From positions 9,114,001-9,178,000 of the forward strand of contig NC_135901.1 of assembly GCF_964194155.1 (NCBI RefSeq): a stretch of DNA of 64,000 bases. The letters are read 5' to 3'. Position numbers and translations under genes: made by a program. Under the pieces are notes generated by a model. That model was not told the origin of the DNA and ran no database searches. It saw only the letters and a list, made by a program, of their open reading frames with translations. Positions 12,578 through 23,309 of this stretch are shown in pieces. Positions within the stretch are counted from its first letter, which is position 1. Each line of letters opens with the position of its first letter. Origin of the DNA: Cetorhinus maximus (Eukaryota).

Positions 12578-13741
12578 TCAGAATGAACATGGTTCAGTCC
12601 TGGTATGATTAACAGCATCAACAGGAGTAGAATCCAAACCTTGCAATCGCTTGTGAATCCACTGGTGTGTTCGTAGGTGTGATGACTGAGTGAATGCCTT
12701 TCCGCAGGCATTACAGGTGAACGGCCTCTCCCCACTGTGAACTCGCTGGTGTTTCAGCAGATAGGATGAATGAGAAAATCTCTTCCCGCACACAGAGCAG
12801 GTAAATGGCCTCTCCCCACTGTGAATGCTCTGGTGTGTCAGCAGGTTGGATAACTGAGTGAATCCCTTCCCACACACAGAGCAGGTGAACGGCCTCTCTC
12901 CAGTGTGTACTCGCTGGTGATTCAATAGGTTAGGTGACCGAGTGAATCCCTTCCCACACACGGAGCAAATGAACGGTCTCTCCTCAGTGTGAACCTGTTG
13001 ATGTGTCAGAAGGTTAGATGAACGGGTGAATCCCTTCCCACAGTCAGAGCAGGTGAATGGTCTATCCCCTGTGTGAAGTTGCTGGTGTATCAGAAGGTTG
13101 GATGAATTAATGAATCCCTTCCCACAGTCAGAGCAGGTGAACGGCCTCTCCCCAGTGTGAATTCGCTGGTGATTCAGTAGGGCAGACGGACGGCTGAATC
13201 CTTTCCCACAGTTGGTACAGGTGAATGGCCTCTCTCCAGTGTGAGTATATTGATGTGTTAGCAGATCCTTTTTGCTTTTAAAGCTCTTGTCACAGTCAGA
13301 ACAATTAAAAAATTTGTTATCAGAGTGAACAAGTTGATGTGTCAGAAGGTGGGATGACTGAATGAATCCCTTCCCACACTCGGAGCAGGTGAACGGCCTC
13401 TCCCCAGTGTGAATACGTTGATGTATCAGCAGATCTTTTCTGCATTTAAAACTCTTCTCACAGTTAGAACATGTAAACGGTCTCTTATCAGTGTGCACAA
13501 GTTGGTGTGTCACAATGTGGGATGACCGAGTGAAGTCCTTCCCACACACAGGGCAGGTGAATGGCCTCTCCTCAGTGTGAACTCGCTGGTGTGTCCGAAG
13601 GTTGTACAAATGGGTGAATCCCTTCCCACAGATAGAGCAGGTGAACGGTCTCTCCCCAGTATGACTGCGCCGATGAACTTCCAGTTGGGATGGGAAATTG
13701 AATCCCTTCCCACAGTCCATACATTTCCATGGTTTCTCCAT
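12578..13741 (-). CDS. C2H2 zinc-finger protein, 13 fingers (ZNF-2)
   Basis: 387-aa ORF from MEKPW with 13 fingers; acceptor ttttacag|GGTATT near 14103; candidate exon-1 donor CGG|GTAAGA at 14434. Confidence 0.9.
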   Translation of the reverse strand: MEKPWKCMDCGKGFNFPSQLEVHRRSHTGERPFTCSICGKGFTHLYNLRTHQRVHTEERPFTCPVCGKDFTRSSHIVTHQLVHTDKRPFTCSNCEKSFKCRKDLLIHQRIHTGERPFTCSECGKGFIQSSHLLTHQLVHSDNKFFNCSDCDKSFKSKKDLLTHQYTHTGERPFTCTNCGKGFSRPSALLNHQRIHTGERPFTCSDCGKGFINSSNLLIHQQLHTGDRPFTCSDCGKGFTRSSNLLTHQQVHTEERPFICSVCGKGFTRSPNLLNHQRVHTGERPFTCSVCGKGFTQLSNLLTHQSIHSGERPFTCSVCGKRFSHSSYLLKHQRVHSGERPFTCNACGKAFTQSSHLRTHQWIHKRLQGLDSTPVDAVNHTRTEPCSF

Positions 13742-14369
13742 GGTGTGGGGGTCCTTGTCTCTTTCCAGGTTGGACGATTAGTTGAAGCCTTGTCCACACA
13801 CAACACACGTACAGTTTCTCCCCACTGTGAATGGTGCGATATTTTTGCAGACTGTGTAACTGCTTAAAGTTTTTTTCAAAGTCAATTCACTGGAACACTC
13901 TCACTCGGGTGTGTGTGTGTTGAGGCTTTTCCAGTCATACAGATGTTTGAAATCCTTTCCCAAAGACAGATTAGACAAACATTTCTCCTTCCACATTCAA
14001 AAGTTGATGATATTCAGGTCCTGATGAATTCAGTGCCTCTGACAGATCTTGATGTGATGTTTGCTTTGCGTTTTCTGTCTGCCAGTCACCTCCGTTTAAT
14101 ACCCTGTAAAACGAGTTTACAAAAGTCATCACTTTAAATCCAGGACTGAAATTCAGAACAGACAATTGTAGTTTCTATGGAACATTTCTTCCTCTCTTGT
14201 TCCCCCAAAGCTGTAAATCCCCGTCCCACACACTCTCCCTCCTCCCTGGGCTGAAATCCAAACCCATCTCACCATCTCCACCATTTCTTTCCTCCACTCC
14301 CAGTTTTCTCCCTCCCTCTCCTCTGCCTGGGTTCAGTTCTCCAGCTCCTGTGTCTCTGATTCAGGGTCT

Positions 14370-14820
14370 CAGGCGGGACCCCAGCTGCCGTTGGGCGGGA
14401 CACAGGAGGGGGGACCCTCCCGGGTGGGTCTTACCCGGACCCTGAGTCCGTCCCCCCAGTTTCTGAGCCCCCGGGCGGCCCGCGGTCTCCCCGCAGTTTC
14501 TGAATCTCCCGCTCCGGGGCCTCTTCCCCTGAACCCGGCTCTGTCACCGGGAAGAAGCCCCGGGGCTGCAAACACGGGTGATGGAGGCTGTGATCCGGGA
14601 TTGCGGCCTACACTGGGTGTTTCTGGATCCTCCCCACCCAGGCTCCTAGCTCCGCTCCTCTCTCCGCCTCAGCGACTCTCGCCCGCACTCCCAGGGCTCT
14701 GAGCAAACTGACACTGCGCATGCTCCAGGTATCATCATCAGCATTGCGCCTGCGCGTTGGGCTCCTGTACAGTGACTAGGGCACTTTCACACACGCAGGA
14801 GATTGTGGGTATCGGCGGTG
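14370..14820 (-). promoter_or_regulatory. CpG island, promoter and non-coding first exon of ZNF-2
   Basis: High CpG; ACTGCGCATG (~14713) and TGCGCCTGCGC (~14744) NRF1-type sites; minus-strand splice donor at 14434. Confidence 0.7.
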
Positions 14821-15544
14821 CCATTGAAACACAAAATAGAGAACGAAAACAATTTTCTGCTACCCAATTGTGAACAAATAAAAGGAAAAATCACACGTAA
14901 ATCCTAGTAAATGGGTGCTCTGCCATGTTCCATTTCTCGAAGTGATTTAAACATATCTCAAGCCAGCTCAAACGTGTTAAGGGCAAGTCATGTTCTACTA
15001 ACTTGCTGTGAATTCTTCAAAAATGCCCATTCCCCTTCCTTCTGCTGTATAATGGAAGTTCCGTGCATTGGTGTTTCTTTATCGTTTGGTTCTGATTTAT
15101 ATTGATTGGTGTATGGTCAAAGTTTCAATCCCATAACCACAAAGTAATCACAAAAAAAATATTTTTCACTCACAATTACCCAGCAGCCCAGCAGTTGGGA
15201 TTCTGCATTGCCACTGGAGGAGCTCCTGCTCACAGATTCTGCCTCCGACAAAGGTTGTCCCTGTGATTGATTTTTTGTGTGCTTTTCTGGGATGAAATTG
15301 CCCATTGCCCCCGTATAGTTGGAACCCTGGTTCTGAAATACTGTCCATCTGATTTTAAGGCTTCCTGGAATAATGCACTGATGGAAATCTGCAATAATCA
15401 ATGGTCCCATCTGAGTTGCAGATTTTTATGTGATTGTCCAATCTAGAAAAAAAATCATTTCACCCATTTAAACCTGATTCAGCTGATCCCCTCCACACAA
15501 GCAACAAAAGATTATCTTTGAGATCAGCTGTTCCTTTATAGTCT

Positions 15545-15652
15545 GTAAGAAAAACAAAAAATGCTGGAAAAATTCAGCAGGTCTGATAGCATCTGTGGAA
15601 AGAAAGACAGAGTTAACGTTTCGAGTCCGTATGACTCTTCTTCAGAGTCTGT
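15545..15652 (-). mobile_element. Penelope-like pLTR fragment with hammerhead core
   Basis: Minus strand ACAGACT-CTGAAGA-A-GAGTC-ATACG-GACTC-GAAA-CG-TTA-ACTCTGT followed by the family tail. Confidence 0.65.
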
Positions 15653-15764
15653 GTTATTCTGAATTATGACATTCTCCTGAACCTGAATCTCTTGGAAGAC
15701 TTTATTCTTTCGAGTTATCAACAGATCGCATGTAACTCTTTTCGAGTACATTCACAGTTCTTGG

Positions 15765-15842
15765 TTTCCAGGAATGGGACATGAACCCACAACCCTCTGA
15801 TTCAAAGGCGAGGGTGCTATGAACTGAGCCACAGCTGACACA
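15765..15842 (-). mobile_element. tRNA-like head of a DeuSINE/SacSINE1-like SINE
   Basis: TGTCAGCTGTGGCTCAGT..GAATCAGAGGGGTTGTGGGTTCA matches the heads of the copies at 55.9 and 59.9 kb. Confidence 0.55.
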
Positions 15843-16119
15843 TTCTCCTGAACCTGTCCTAACCCTTCTGCCAGTTCATTTATTCGAAACAGAGACTCTC
15901 CTTGTTTTAATGTTAACACTCCATGTCTCCCCAGTTATCCATTTAAGTCAGCCCATGAATTGTTTGAGCATTGTTTCATCATGTTCCCACATTTCATTAA
16001 CAAATGTTGAAACGTATGCTTCACACCCACAGGGTTTCATCTGTTTAAAGCCACAAACAGAAAGGTCCAGTTTTCTCCTGGAGGTTGAGACAAATCAGCT
16101 TTCAAAATGATGCAGAGTT

Positions 16120-16540
16120 TCAGCCAATGAGGGACATCCGGATTCAGCCCCGCCCCTCATTCACTCCGATTGGTTGGAGGATCACATGCGCACGATCGGA
16201 CCTCCAGCTCCGCCCCCTCTTCCTATTGGTCCGGAGTTTCCGTCAATCCAACGGGCACGGTGATCTGGAGCATGCGCAGTGTGTGTAATGACGGTGGATG
16301 GAGGCCTGTTTGTCGGATCCACAGGAGGTAAGATAAAGAGCGGAGTGGAGGGAAAAATAGAGCTGGTGGGTGGATGGGGAGGGTTCGTAAGCACTCGATG
16401 CGGCTCTGAACCCAAAATAAGAAACTATCTGTGGGGCGAAGGCTGCGGGATCACGTCTCCAGCAAAAGGCCCAGGTTAACGACCGCCATCTTGAGCGGGG
16501 TTAATGTGTAGCATGGCGCATGCGCAGTCATCCCTGTCAC
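16120..16540 (+). promoter_or_regulatory. CpG-rich promoter and first exon of ZNF-3
   Basis: CCAAT/ATTGG boxes (~16124, 16169, 16225), GC boxes, CATGCGCAGT, CCGCCATCTT (YY1), GCGCATGCGCAGT, candidate donor GAG|GTAAGA near 16328. Confidence 0.7.
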
Positions 16541-17382
16541 CAGGAGGAGAGAATGTTATGCATTTCTATCCTGGACTGACGGGGATGGGTTTTGGAAACT
16601 CCTTTTACAGGGGATTGGAAGGGGAGGATTTGCACACAGCAAACTCCAAGCAAAGATCACATTAAGATCTGACTCGAGTCACTCGATTCATCAGGACCTG
16701 GATATTATCAGTCTTTGAGTTCCAGGTCATTAACACTCAATGTGTGAAATTTCTTCCTCACATTCCCCCTGTAGATCTTACCCTAAATCTTAAATCTGTG
16801 TCTGTGATACTTTTATGATTAGCTAATACCTTATGTTTTTTTCATTCATTCATAGGATGTGGGCTTTGCTGGATGGGCCAGCATTTGTTGCCCATTCCTA
16901 GTTGCCTTTGAGAAGGTGGTGGTGAGCTGGCCCTTCTAGGTGGTGGAGGTTCAGGGTTTTGAGTTTCTGTCAAACTTCTGGTTGAGTTGTAATCCCTCTT
17001 TTTCAACCCTTCCCTCTCCCACCCCAACCCTTCTCTCTCTTCCTGTCTTCTCCCATCGAGGTGCCTTGTGTAGGCCCAGACTGGGTGGCAGATTCTCTTC
17101 CCTGAAGGACATCAGTGAACCAGTTGGGTTTTTATGACAATCCAGCAGTTTTCATGGTCACTTTTCCCTGGTGCCGGCCCCACAAATTACCAGATTCATT
17201 CAGCTCAATTTCACAACCTGTTTTTGTGGGTTCTCTCTCACTCCTTTTTCTTTGTTTTAAATCAATTTCACAGGGTATTAGAAGGGGAGGATTTGCAGCT
17301 GGGAAACTGAAACCAAACATCACATCAGGATCTGACAGAGTTGCCCAGCTTGTCGTCACCCAGATATCATCGGAAGTTGAAC

Positions 17383-18504
17383 ATGGAAGGAAAAAGCACC
17401 GTTCACAGTGGGGAGAAACCGTACACGTGTTCTGTCTGTGGACGAGGCTTCAACCGATCATCTAATCTGTTGAAACATAAATGCAGTCACAACAGGGAGA
17501 AACTGTGGAAATGTGGGGACTGTGGGAAGGGATTTAATTACCCATCAGAGCTGGAAAATCATCAACGAATTCACACTGGGGAGAGGCCATTCACCTGCCC
17601 TGAGTGTAGGAAGAGATTTACTTGTTCGTCCAGCCTGCTGAAACATCGGCGAGTTCACACTGGGGAGAGGCCGTTCACCTGCTCCGAGTGTGGGAAGGGA
17701 TTTGCTCGGTCATCCACCCTGCTGACACACCAGCGAGTTCACACTGACGAGAGACCTTTCAAATGCCCAGACTGCGGGAAGTGCTTTAAAAGTCCCCGGG
17801 AACTGACTGCCCATCAACGTGTTCACACTGATGAGAGGCCATTCAGGTGCTCGCACTGTGGGACTGGGTTCAAGACATTATTTCACCTCACTGTTCACCA
17901 GCGAATTCACACTGGGGAGAGCCCATTCACCTGCTCCAAGTGTGGGAAGGGATTTGCTAACGCATCCACCCTGCTGAATCACCAGAGTGTTCACACTGAC
18001 GAGAGACCTTTCAAATGTCCAGACTGTGGGAAGTGCTTTAAAAGTTCCGGGGACCTGATGATCCATCAACGTGTTCACACCGATGAGAGACCGTTCAGGT
18101 GCTCTCACTGCGGGACTGGGTTCAGACAATCATCTCAACTCATTGTACACCAGCGAATTCACAATGGGGAGAGACCATTCACCTGCTCAGAGTGTGGGAT
18201 GGGATTCACTCGCTTATCCATCCTGTTGACACACCAGCGCACGCACACTGGGGAGAGGCCATTCACCTGCTCTGAGTGTGGGAGGGGATTCACAACCACA
18301 TCCTCCCTGCTGAGACACCGGCGAGTTCACACTGGGGAGAGGCCATTCAGCTGCCCCGAGTGTGGGAGGGGATTCACAACCACATCCTCCCTGCTGAGAC
18401 ACCGGCGAGTTCACACTGGGGAGAGGCCATTCACCTGCCCCGAGTGTGGGAGGGGATTCATAACCTCATCCAAACTGCTGAAACATCAGCGAGTTCACAA
18501 GTGA
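17383..18504 (+). CDS. C2H2 zinc-finger protein, 13 fingers (ZNF-3)
   Basis: ATG at 17383 in AACATGG context (the ORF-track start at 17341 is TTG); 13 fingers ending HQRVHK*; acceptor tttcacag|GGTATT at 17274. Confidence 0.9.
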   Translation: MEGKSTVHSGEKPYTCSVCGRGFNRSSNLLKHKCSHNREKLWKCGDCGKGFNYPSELENHQRIHTGERPFTCPECRKRFTCSSSLLKHRRVHTGERPFTCSECGKGFARSSTLLTHQRVHTDERPFKCPDCGKCFKSPRELTAHQRVHTDERPFRCSHCGTGFKTLFHLTVHQRIHTGESPFTCSKCGKGFANASTLLNHQSVHTDERPFKCPDCGKCFKSSGDLMIHQRVHTDERPFRCSHCGTGFRQSSQLIVHQRIHNGERPFTCSECGMGFTRLSILLTHQRTHTGERPFTCSECGRGFTTTSSLLRHRRVHTGERPFSCPECGRGFTTTSSLLRHRRVHTGERPFTCPECGRGFITSSKLLKHQRVHK

Positions 18505-18744
18505 TTGGGTTTTTCTGTTAATCACATCCATGACTGAACTGTGTCCATTTGGTCTGTTTCTGCTGATGTTAATAAACTCCAGTCCAATTAATATTCTGGA
18601 TAAAGTCAAATAAATCAGCTTTGTGTTAAACTTGCACTGTGTTGAGTCTTTTTAATATCTCTAACACAAATTAGTTCCTTTTGAAGTGCTCTCCCTCTCC
18701 TCTGTCTCCTTCATCCACACCTCCAACAACAAGTGTGAGGAGCT

Positions 18745-19410
18745 CATGGAACTTCTTTGTCACTAAGATTGAGACAATCCGATCAGCTGCTTCCCTCCTT
18801 CCACTGGCCCACCGGGCCAAACTCTTTCTAAAGCTTCCCCCCTGCCCCTTGCCCTGAACCTGTTTTTCTCCCGTTTCGCCCCTCTCCCACTTCTTGCCCT
18901 CTCAGAGCTCATCTTGTCAATGAGACCTGCCTTCTGCTGCCTTGACCCTATTCTCACGAAACTGCTGACCATCCATTTTCTCTATGTTAGCTGATATTGT
19001 TAACGGTTCTTTCTCTTATCTGTCCCTCTTGCCTTAAAATCCACCACCATCACCCTCCTGAGAAGAAACAAACCTTTATCCCACCATCTTTACAAACTAC
19101 CACCCCATCTCCAAACTCCCTTTTCTCCACAAAGTCCTTGAACTTGGTGTCCCCCAAGGATCTATCCTTGGCCCCTCCTATTTCTCATCTACCCGCTGCC
19201 ACTAGGTGACATCACCCAAAAGCACCGTGTTAGTTTTCACATGTACACTGACAATGCCCAGCTCTACCTCACCACCATCCCTCTCCATTCCTCCACTGTT
19301 ACTAAATTATCAAACTGTTTATCTGACACCAAGTACTGAATGAGCAGGAATTATCTCCAATCAAAATTTGGGAAGACCAAAGCTATTGTCTTCAGTCACC
19401 ACTTTGAATT
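18745..19410 (+). mobile_element. L2 LINE fragment (continues at ~20400-20570)
   Basis: GVPQGSILGPLLF..FHMYTDNAQLYL..KTKAIVF remnants. Confidence 0.65.
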
Positions 19411-20398
19411 GTCAAGGAACTATCAGATTTTTTTCTGATATTATTGTGGGATATTGTGAAACAAGCTTATGGTTCTGTGTGTGTGTGGCTAATTTAATTA
19501 ACTAAAGACAATTAGACTGCAAGGTTTAAATTATCAAAGGAGTGAGGTGTAAAAGAAGCATTTGAAATGGGGATGAGTGAGCTAGAATGAGGTCTCAGTG
19601 GATAAGGTGTGAAGGTAATTTACATGTTTAGATAAAGAAGGAGTTGTTTGATTTTCAAAGGGATGGTGTAATGTCTACAACTGCCAAGATAAGTCAGGCA
19701 AAGTGATTGCATTTGTTTTTCCCAAAAGCGCTGGCCACAATAACAACGTGAAAGATTTTTGTATTCTGGGAAAAGTAACTTCGAAAGACAAAGAGAAACA
19801 ATGGGATTTACAAATCAAAAGGTATAAAATATATTTAAAGAAGGATGGAAGGTTGTGTGGGGTATGGCCATGTGAGACCTTGAAAGGTGCAACGTGTGAA
19901 ACAGACTTGGGGGGGGGGGGGGGGGGGGTGGGCGTGGAAAAGCCTCAAGCTACCCTCCAGAAGTTTGCTGTTCCAGTAACCAAGGTTGTGTTAAAAGCCT
20001 TTGGAATTTCACTGTCGAGTGGGTGCTAGTGGTAATAGTACTGAGTGTCTTTATAAATTGGGAATCTATTTGGGCTGTTGCCTTAAAGGAAGTGTGTAGT
20101 TGGTAGTCTGGTTAAGTATGAATTTTGCGAAATGCTATAAGATTAAGTAACTGTGTAACCGTGATTTTGTGTGTGCGTGTTTAAGTTTTTTCTTATTTTT
20201 ATTTTCTTAAGTTTTTATTAAAGTTAATAAATACTTTAAATTAATCTTTAAAATCTCTGAAGGTGGCTGTGGACTCATTACTTCTGACTTCAGTGCACAA
20301 GCCTCCTTGTAATAAATGCAAATAGAAAAATCATTGTGATAGTTTGGCCAAGTCTCCCTTGTGGATTTGATCAGCCTGGAAAATTCTGTTCCATAACG
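19411..20398. mobile_element. Probable solo LTR inserted in L2
   Basis: Begins TGTCAAGGAAC and ends GTTCCATAAC (short terminal inverted repeat); ~1 kb with AATAAA signals; splits a colinear L2 fragment. Confidence 0.5.
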
Positions 20399-20574
20399 GC
20401 CGTGTGCATCCCTCTCCCTGGGAACTGTCTGAGGCTCAACCACACTGTTCACAGTCCTGGTGTCAGATTTAACCCCAAGATAAGTTTCTGACCACATATC
20501 CACACCATCACTAACACCAGATATTTTAATCTCCATAATGTCGCCTGTCTCCACCCCACCCCAGCTCATATGGG

Positions 20575-20950
20575 ACACTTGCCTTTATTAATCGAGACAC
20601 AGAATATAAAAGCAGGGAGGTTATGTTGGAGTGTATACAATGTGAGTTAGGCCACAGCTGGAGTACTGTGTGCAATTCTGGTCACCAAACTATAGGAAGG
20701 ATGTGATTGCACTGCAGAGGGTGCAGAGGGGATTCACCAGGATGTTGCCTGGGCTGGAGCGTTTCAGCTATGAAGAGAAACTGGATAGGCGAGGGTTGTT
20801 TTCCTTCGAGCAGAGAAGGCTGAGGGGGGACCTGATAGAGGTGTACAAAATAATGAGGGGCATAGATCGGGTAGATAGGAAGAAACATTTCCCCTTAGAG
20901 GTGGTGTCAATAACCATGGGGCATAGATTGAAAATAAAGGGCAGGGGATT
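20575..20950 (+). mobile_element. CR1 LINE 3' fragment
   Basis: QFWSPNYRKDVIALQRVQR..LRGDLIEVYKIMRG. Confidence 0.8.
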
Positions 20951-21789
20951 TGAGGAACCAGCAAGATCCCACAACTAATCTGATAATGAGCAGATAATCT
21001 GTATTTGTGATGTTGATTTGAGTGTGGAAGGGGATGTGTAAAGAGCTGGTCATTGTATAGAGATGTGAACCAAGGAAATGGTACCTGTGTGTAATAGTGA
21101 CACAGCCTTGTGTTCACACTCAGAACAATACACAGATATCCTTGTGGTTATGGTTTGAACAGGGCCAGATGACGAATGTGGTGAACAAGTTAAATATAAA
21201 TATCTCCAGTGTAGCTGCAGCTTCTTAGATCAGAGCTGGGGTTAGAGAGCTCCGAATCCACTGCATTATCTTCCCATGGAGAGGTTGTGCAGTCAGTAGT
21301 TTAGTGGGAATAGTGTCAATGGAGCAGGAGGTGTGTCTCATGGACAAGATGAGCTCTGAGAGGGCATGAGGGGAGGTGGGAGAGAAACTAGAAGAAGATG
21401 TGAGTTCAGATCTCGGTATAAGGGGAACGTTAGGGGAGGTTTGGCCCAGTAGGTTAGGGGAAGGGAGGGAAACAACAGAGGCAGCTGGTTGGATTGTCTC
21501 AATTTTAGTGACAAAGAAGACCATGAGCTGCTCCTCCATGAGCACTTGTTGGGGGTGAGGATGGAGGAGACAGAGGAGAGGGAGAGCAATTCAAAAGGAG
21601 CTAACGTGTTAGAGATATTAAAATGACTCAACATATTGTGTATTTAAAACAAAGCTGATTTATTTAACTTTTATCCAGAATATTAATCCCTATAACTGGG
21701 CTGGAGTTCATTTACATCCGCAGAAATAAACTAGGAACGTAGTTCAGTTCTAAGTGTGATTAACAGCAAAATTCAAGCACTATAAGTTT

Positions 21790-22061
21790 TTTTACTTATT
21801 CGTTCATGGGATGTGGGTGTCGCTGGTGTCACTGGCCAGGCCAGCATTTATTGCCTATCCCTAATTGCCCTTGAGAAGGTGCTGGTGAGCTGCCTTCTTG
21901 AATCACTGCAGTCCGTGTGGGATAGGTACACCCACAGTGCTGTTAGGAAAGGGGTTCCTGGATTTTCTTCTAGTGACAGTGAAGGAACGGCGATATAGTT
22001 CCAAGTCAGGATGGCGTGGGGCTTGGTGGGAAACATGAAGATGGTGGCGTTCTCATGCATC
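21790..22061 (-). mobile_element. CR1-type LINE 3' fragment inserted at the ZNF-4 stop
   Basis: Same sequence as the 3' ends at 32475-32700 and 49437-49680 (CATCCTGACTTGGAACTATATCGCCGTTCCTTCACTGTC..GGGCAATTAGGGATAGGCAATAAATG). Confidence 0.75.
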
Positions 22062-22760
22062 TTTGTGAACTCGCTGGTGTCTCAGCAGGGTGGATGAGTG
22101 AGCAAATCCCTTCTGACATACGGTGCATGTGAATGGCCTCTCCCCAGTGTGAACTCGCTGGTGCTCCAGCTGGTTGGATAATGTAGTGAATCCCTTTCCA
22201 CACAAGGAGCAGGTGAACGGCCTCTCACCAGTATGAATGCGCTGGTGTGTCAGCAGGTTGGCTAACTGAGTGAATCCCTTCCCACACTCGGAGCAGGTGA
22301 ATGGCCTCTCTCCAGTGTGAACTCGCTGGTGTACAGTGAGGTCAGATAATTGCCTGAACCCAGTATGGCACCGAGAGCACCTGAATGGCCTCTCATCAGT
22401 GTGAATACGTTGATGGCGCATCAGTTCACCAGAACTTTTATAGCACTTCCCACAGTCTGGGCATTTAAAAGGTTTCTCGTCAGAGTGAACTCGCTGGTGA
22501 GCCAATAGGTTACATGACAGAGTGAATCCCTTCCCACACTCGGAACAGGTGAATGGCTTCTCCCCGGTGTGACTGCGCCGATGAGATTCCAGCTGAATTG
22601 GAAAATTGAATCCTTTCCCACAATCCCCACATTTACACGGTTTCTCCTCAGTGTGACTGCGCTTGTGTCTCGACAGGTCAGATGATCGGTTGAAGCCTCG
22701 TCCACACACAGAACACGTGTATGGTTTCTCCCAACTGTGAATGGTGTTTTTTCCTTCCAT
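22053..22760 (-). CDS. C2H2 zinc-finger protein, 8 fingers (ZNF-4)
   Basis: ATG at 22760 (AACATGG), [14 protein letters not shown] start, 8 fingers; acceptor tttcacag|GGTATT near 22869. Confidence 0.88.
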   Translation of the reverse strand: MEGKNTIHSWEKPYTCSVCGRGFNRSSDLSRHKRSHTEEKPCKCGDCGKGFNFPIQLESHRRSHTGEKPFTCSECGKGFTLSCNLLAHQRVHSDEKPFKCPDCGKCYKSSGELMRHQRIHTDERPFRCSRCHTGFRQLSDLTVHQRVHTGERPFTCSECGKGFTQLANLLTHQRIHTGERPFTCSLCGKGFTTLSNQLEHQRVHTGERPFTCTVCQKGFAHSSTLLRHQRVHKDA

Positions 22761-23309
22761 GTTCAAAATCCGACAATATTCAGGTTACGATAAATTCTGC
22801 AACTCTGTTAGATCCTGAAGTGATTTTGGGTTTGAATTTCCTGACTGTAAATTCTTCCCCTCCAATACCCTGTGAAATTGACTTAAAACAGAGAAAAGGG
22901 AGTGAGCAAGAGAACCCACAAAGACAGATTGTGAAATTGAGCTGAATGAATCTGGTAATTTGTGGGGCCGGCACTAGGGAAAAGTGACCATGAAAACTGC
23001 TGGATTGTCATAAAAACCCAACTGGTTCACTAATGTCCTTCAGGGAAAGGGATCCACCATCTCATCTGGATCTGGACTCTGGCTTCTAAGGGAGAACAGG
23101 CAGACTTTGAGATGTGGGAGCATTAGGGGGCAAAGGAGAGGGATTTTATATATCCACAACTCAACCTAAACTTTGACAGAAACTTCCAAACCCTCAACTT
23201 CTACCATCTGGAAGAACCAGAGAAGCAGGTGTATATGAAAACCATCACTTCCAAGTTCCCCTCCAAGTTGAAACTGTCCTGACTTGTCTGACTCCTAGTA
23301 CTGGATGAA

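Noticed and set aside
14369-14702. Pro/Gly/Arg-rich ORFs in CpG islands (also 49025-49447 and 63614-63994)
   Set aside because: Stop-poor GC-rich promoter DNA with no domain similarity
17401-17440. CACAGTG heptamers as V(D)J recombination signals
   Set aside because: They are His-Ser-Gly codons in ZNF linkers; no ACAAAAACC nonamer at 12/23 spacing was noticed
19909-19928. Poly-G run
   Set aside because: Simple homopolymer within a probable LTR; its length may be a sequencing artefact
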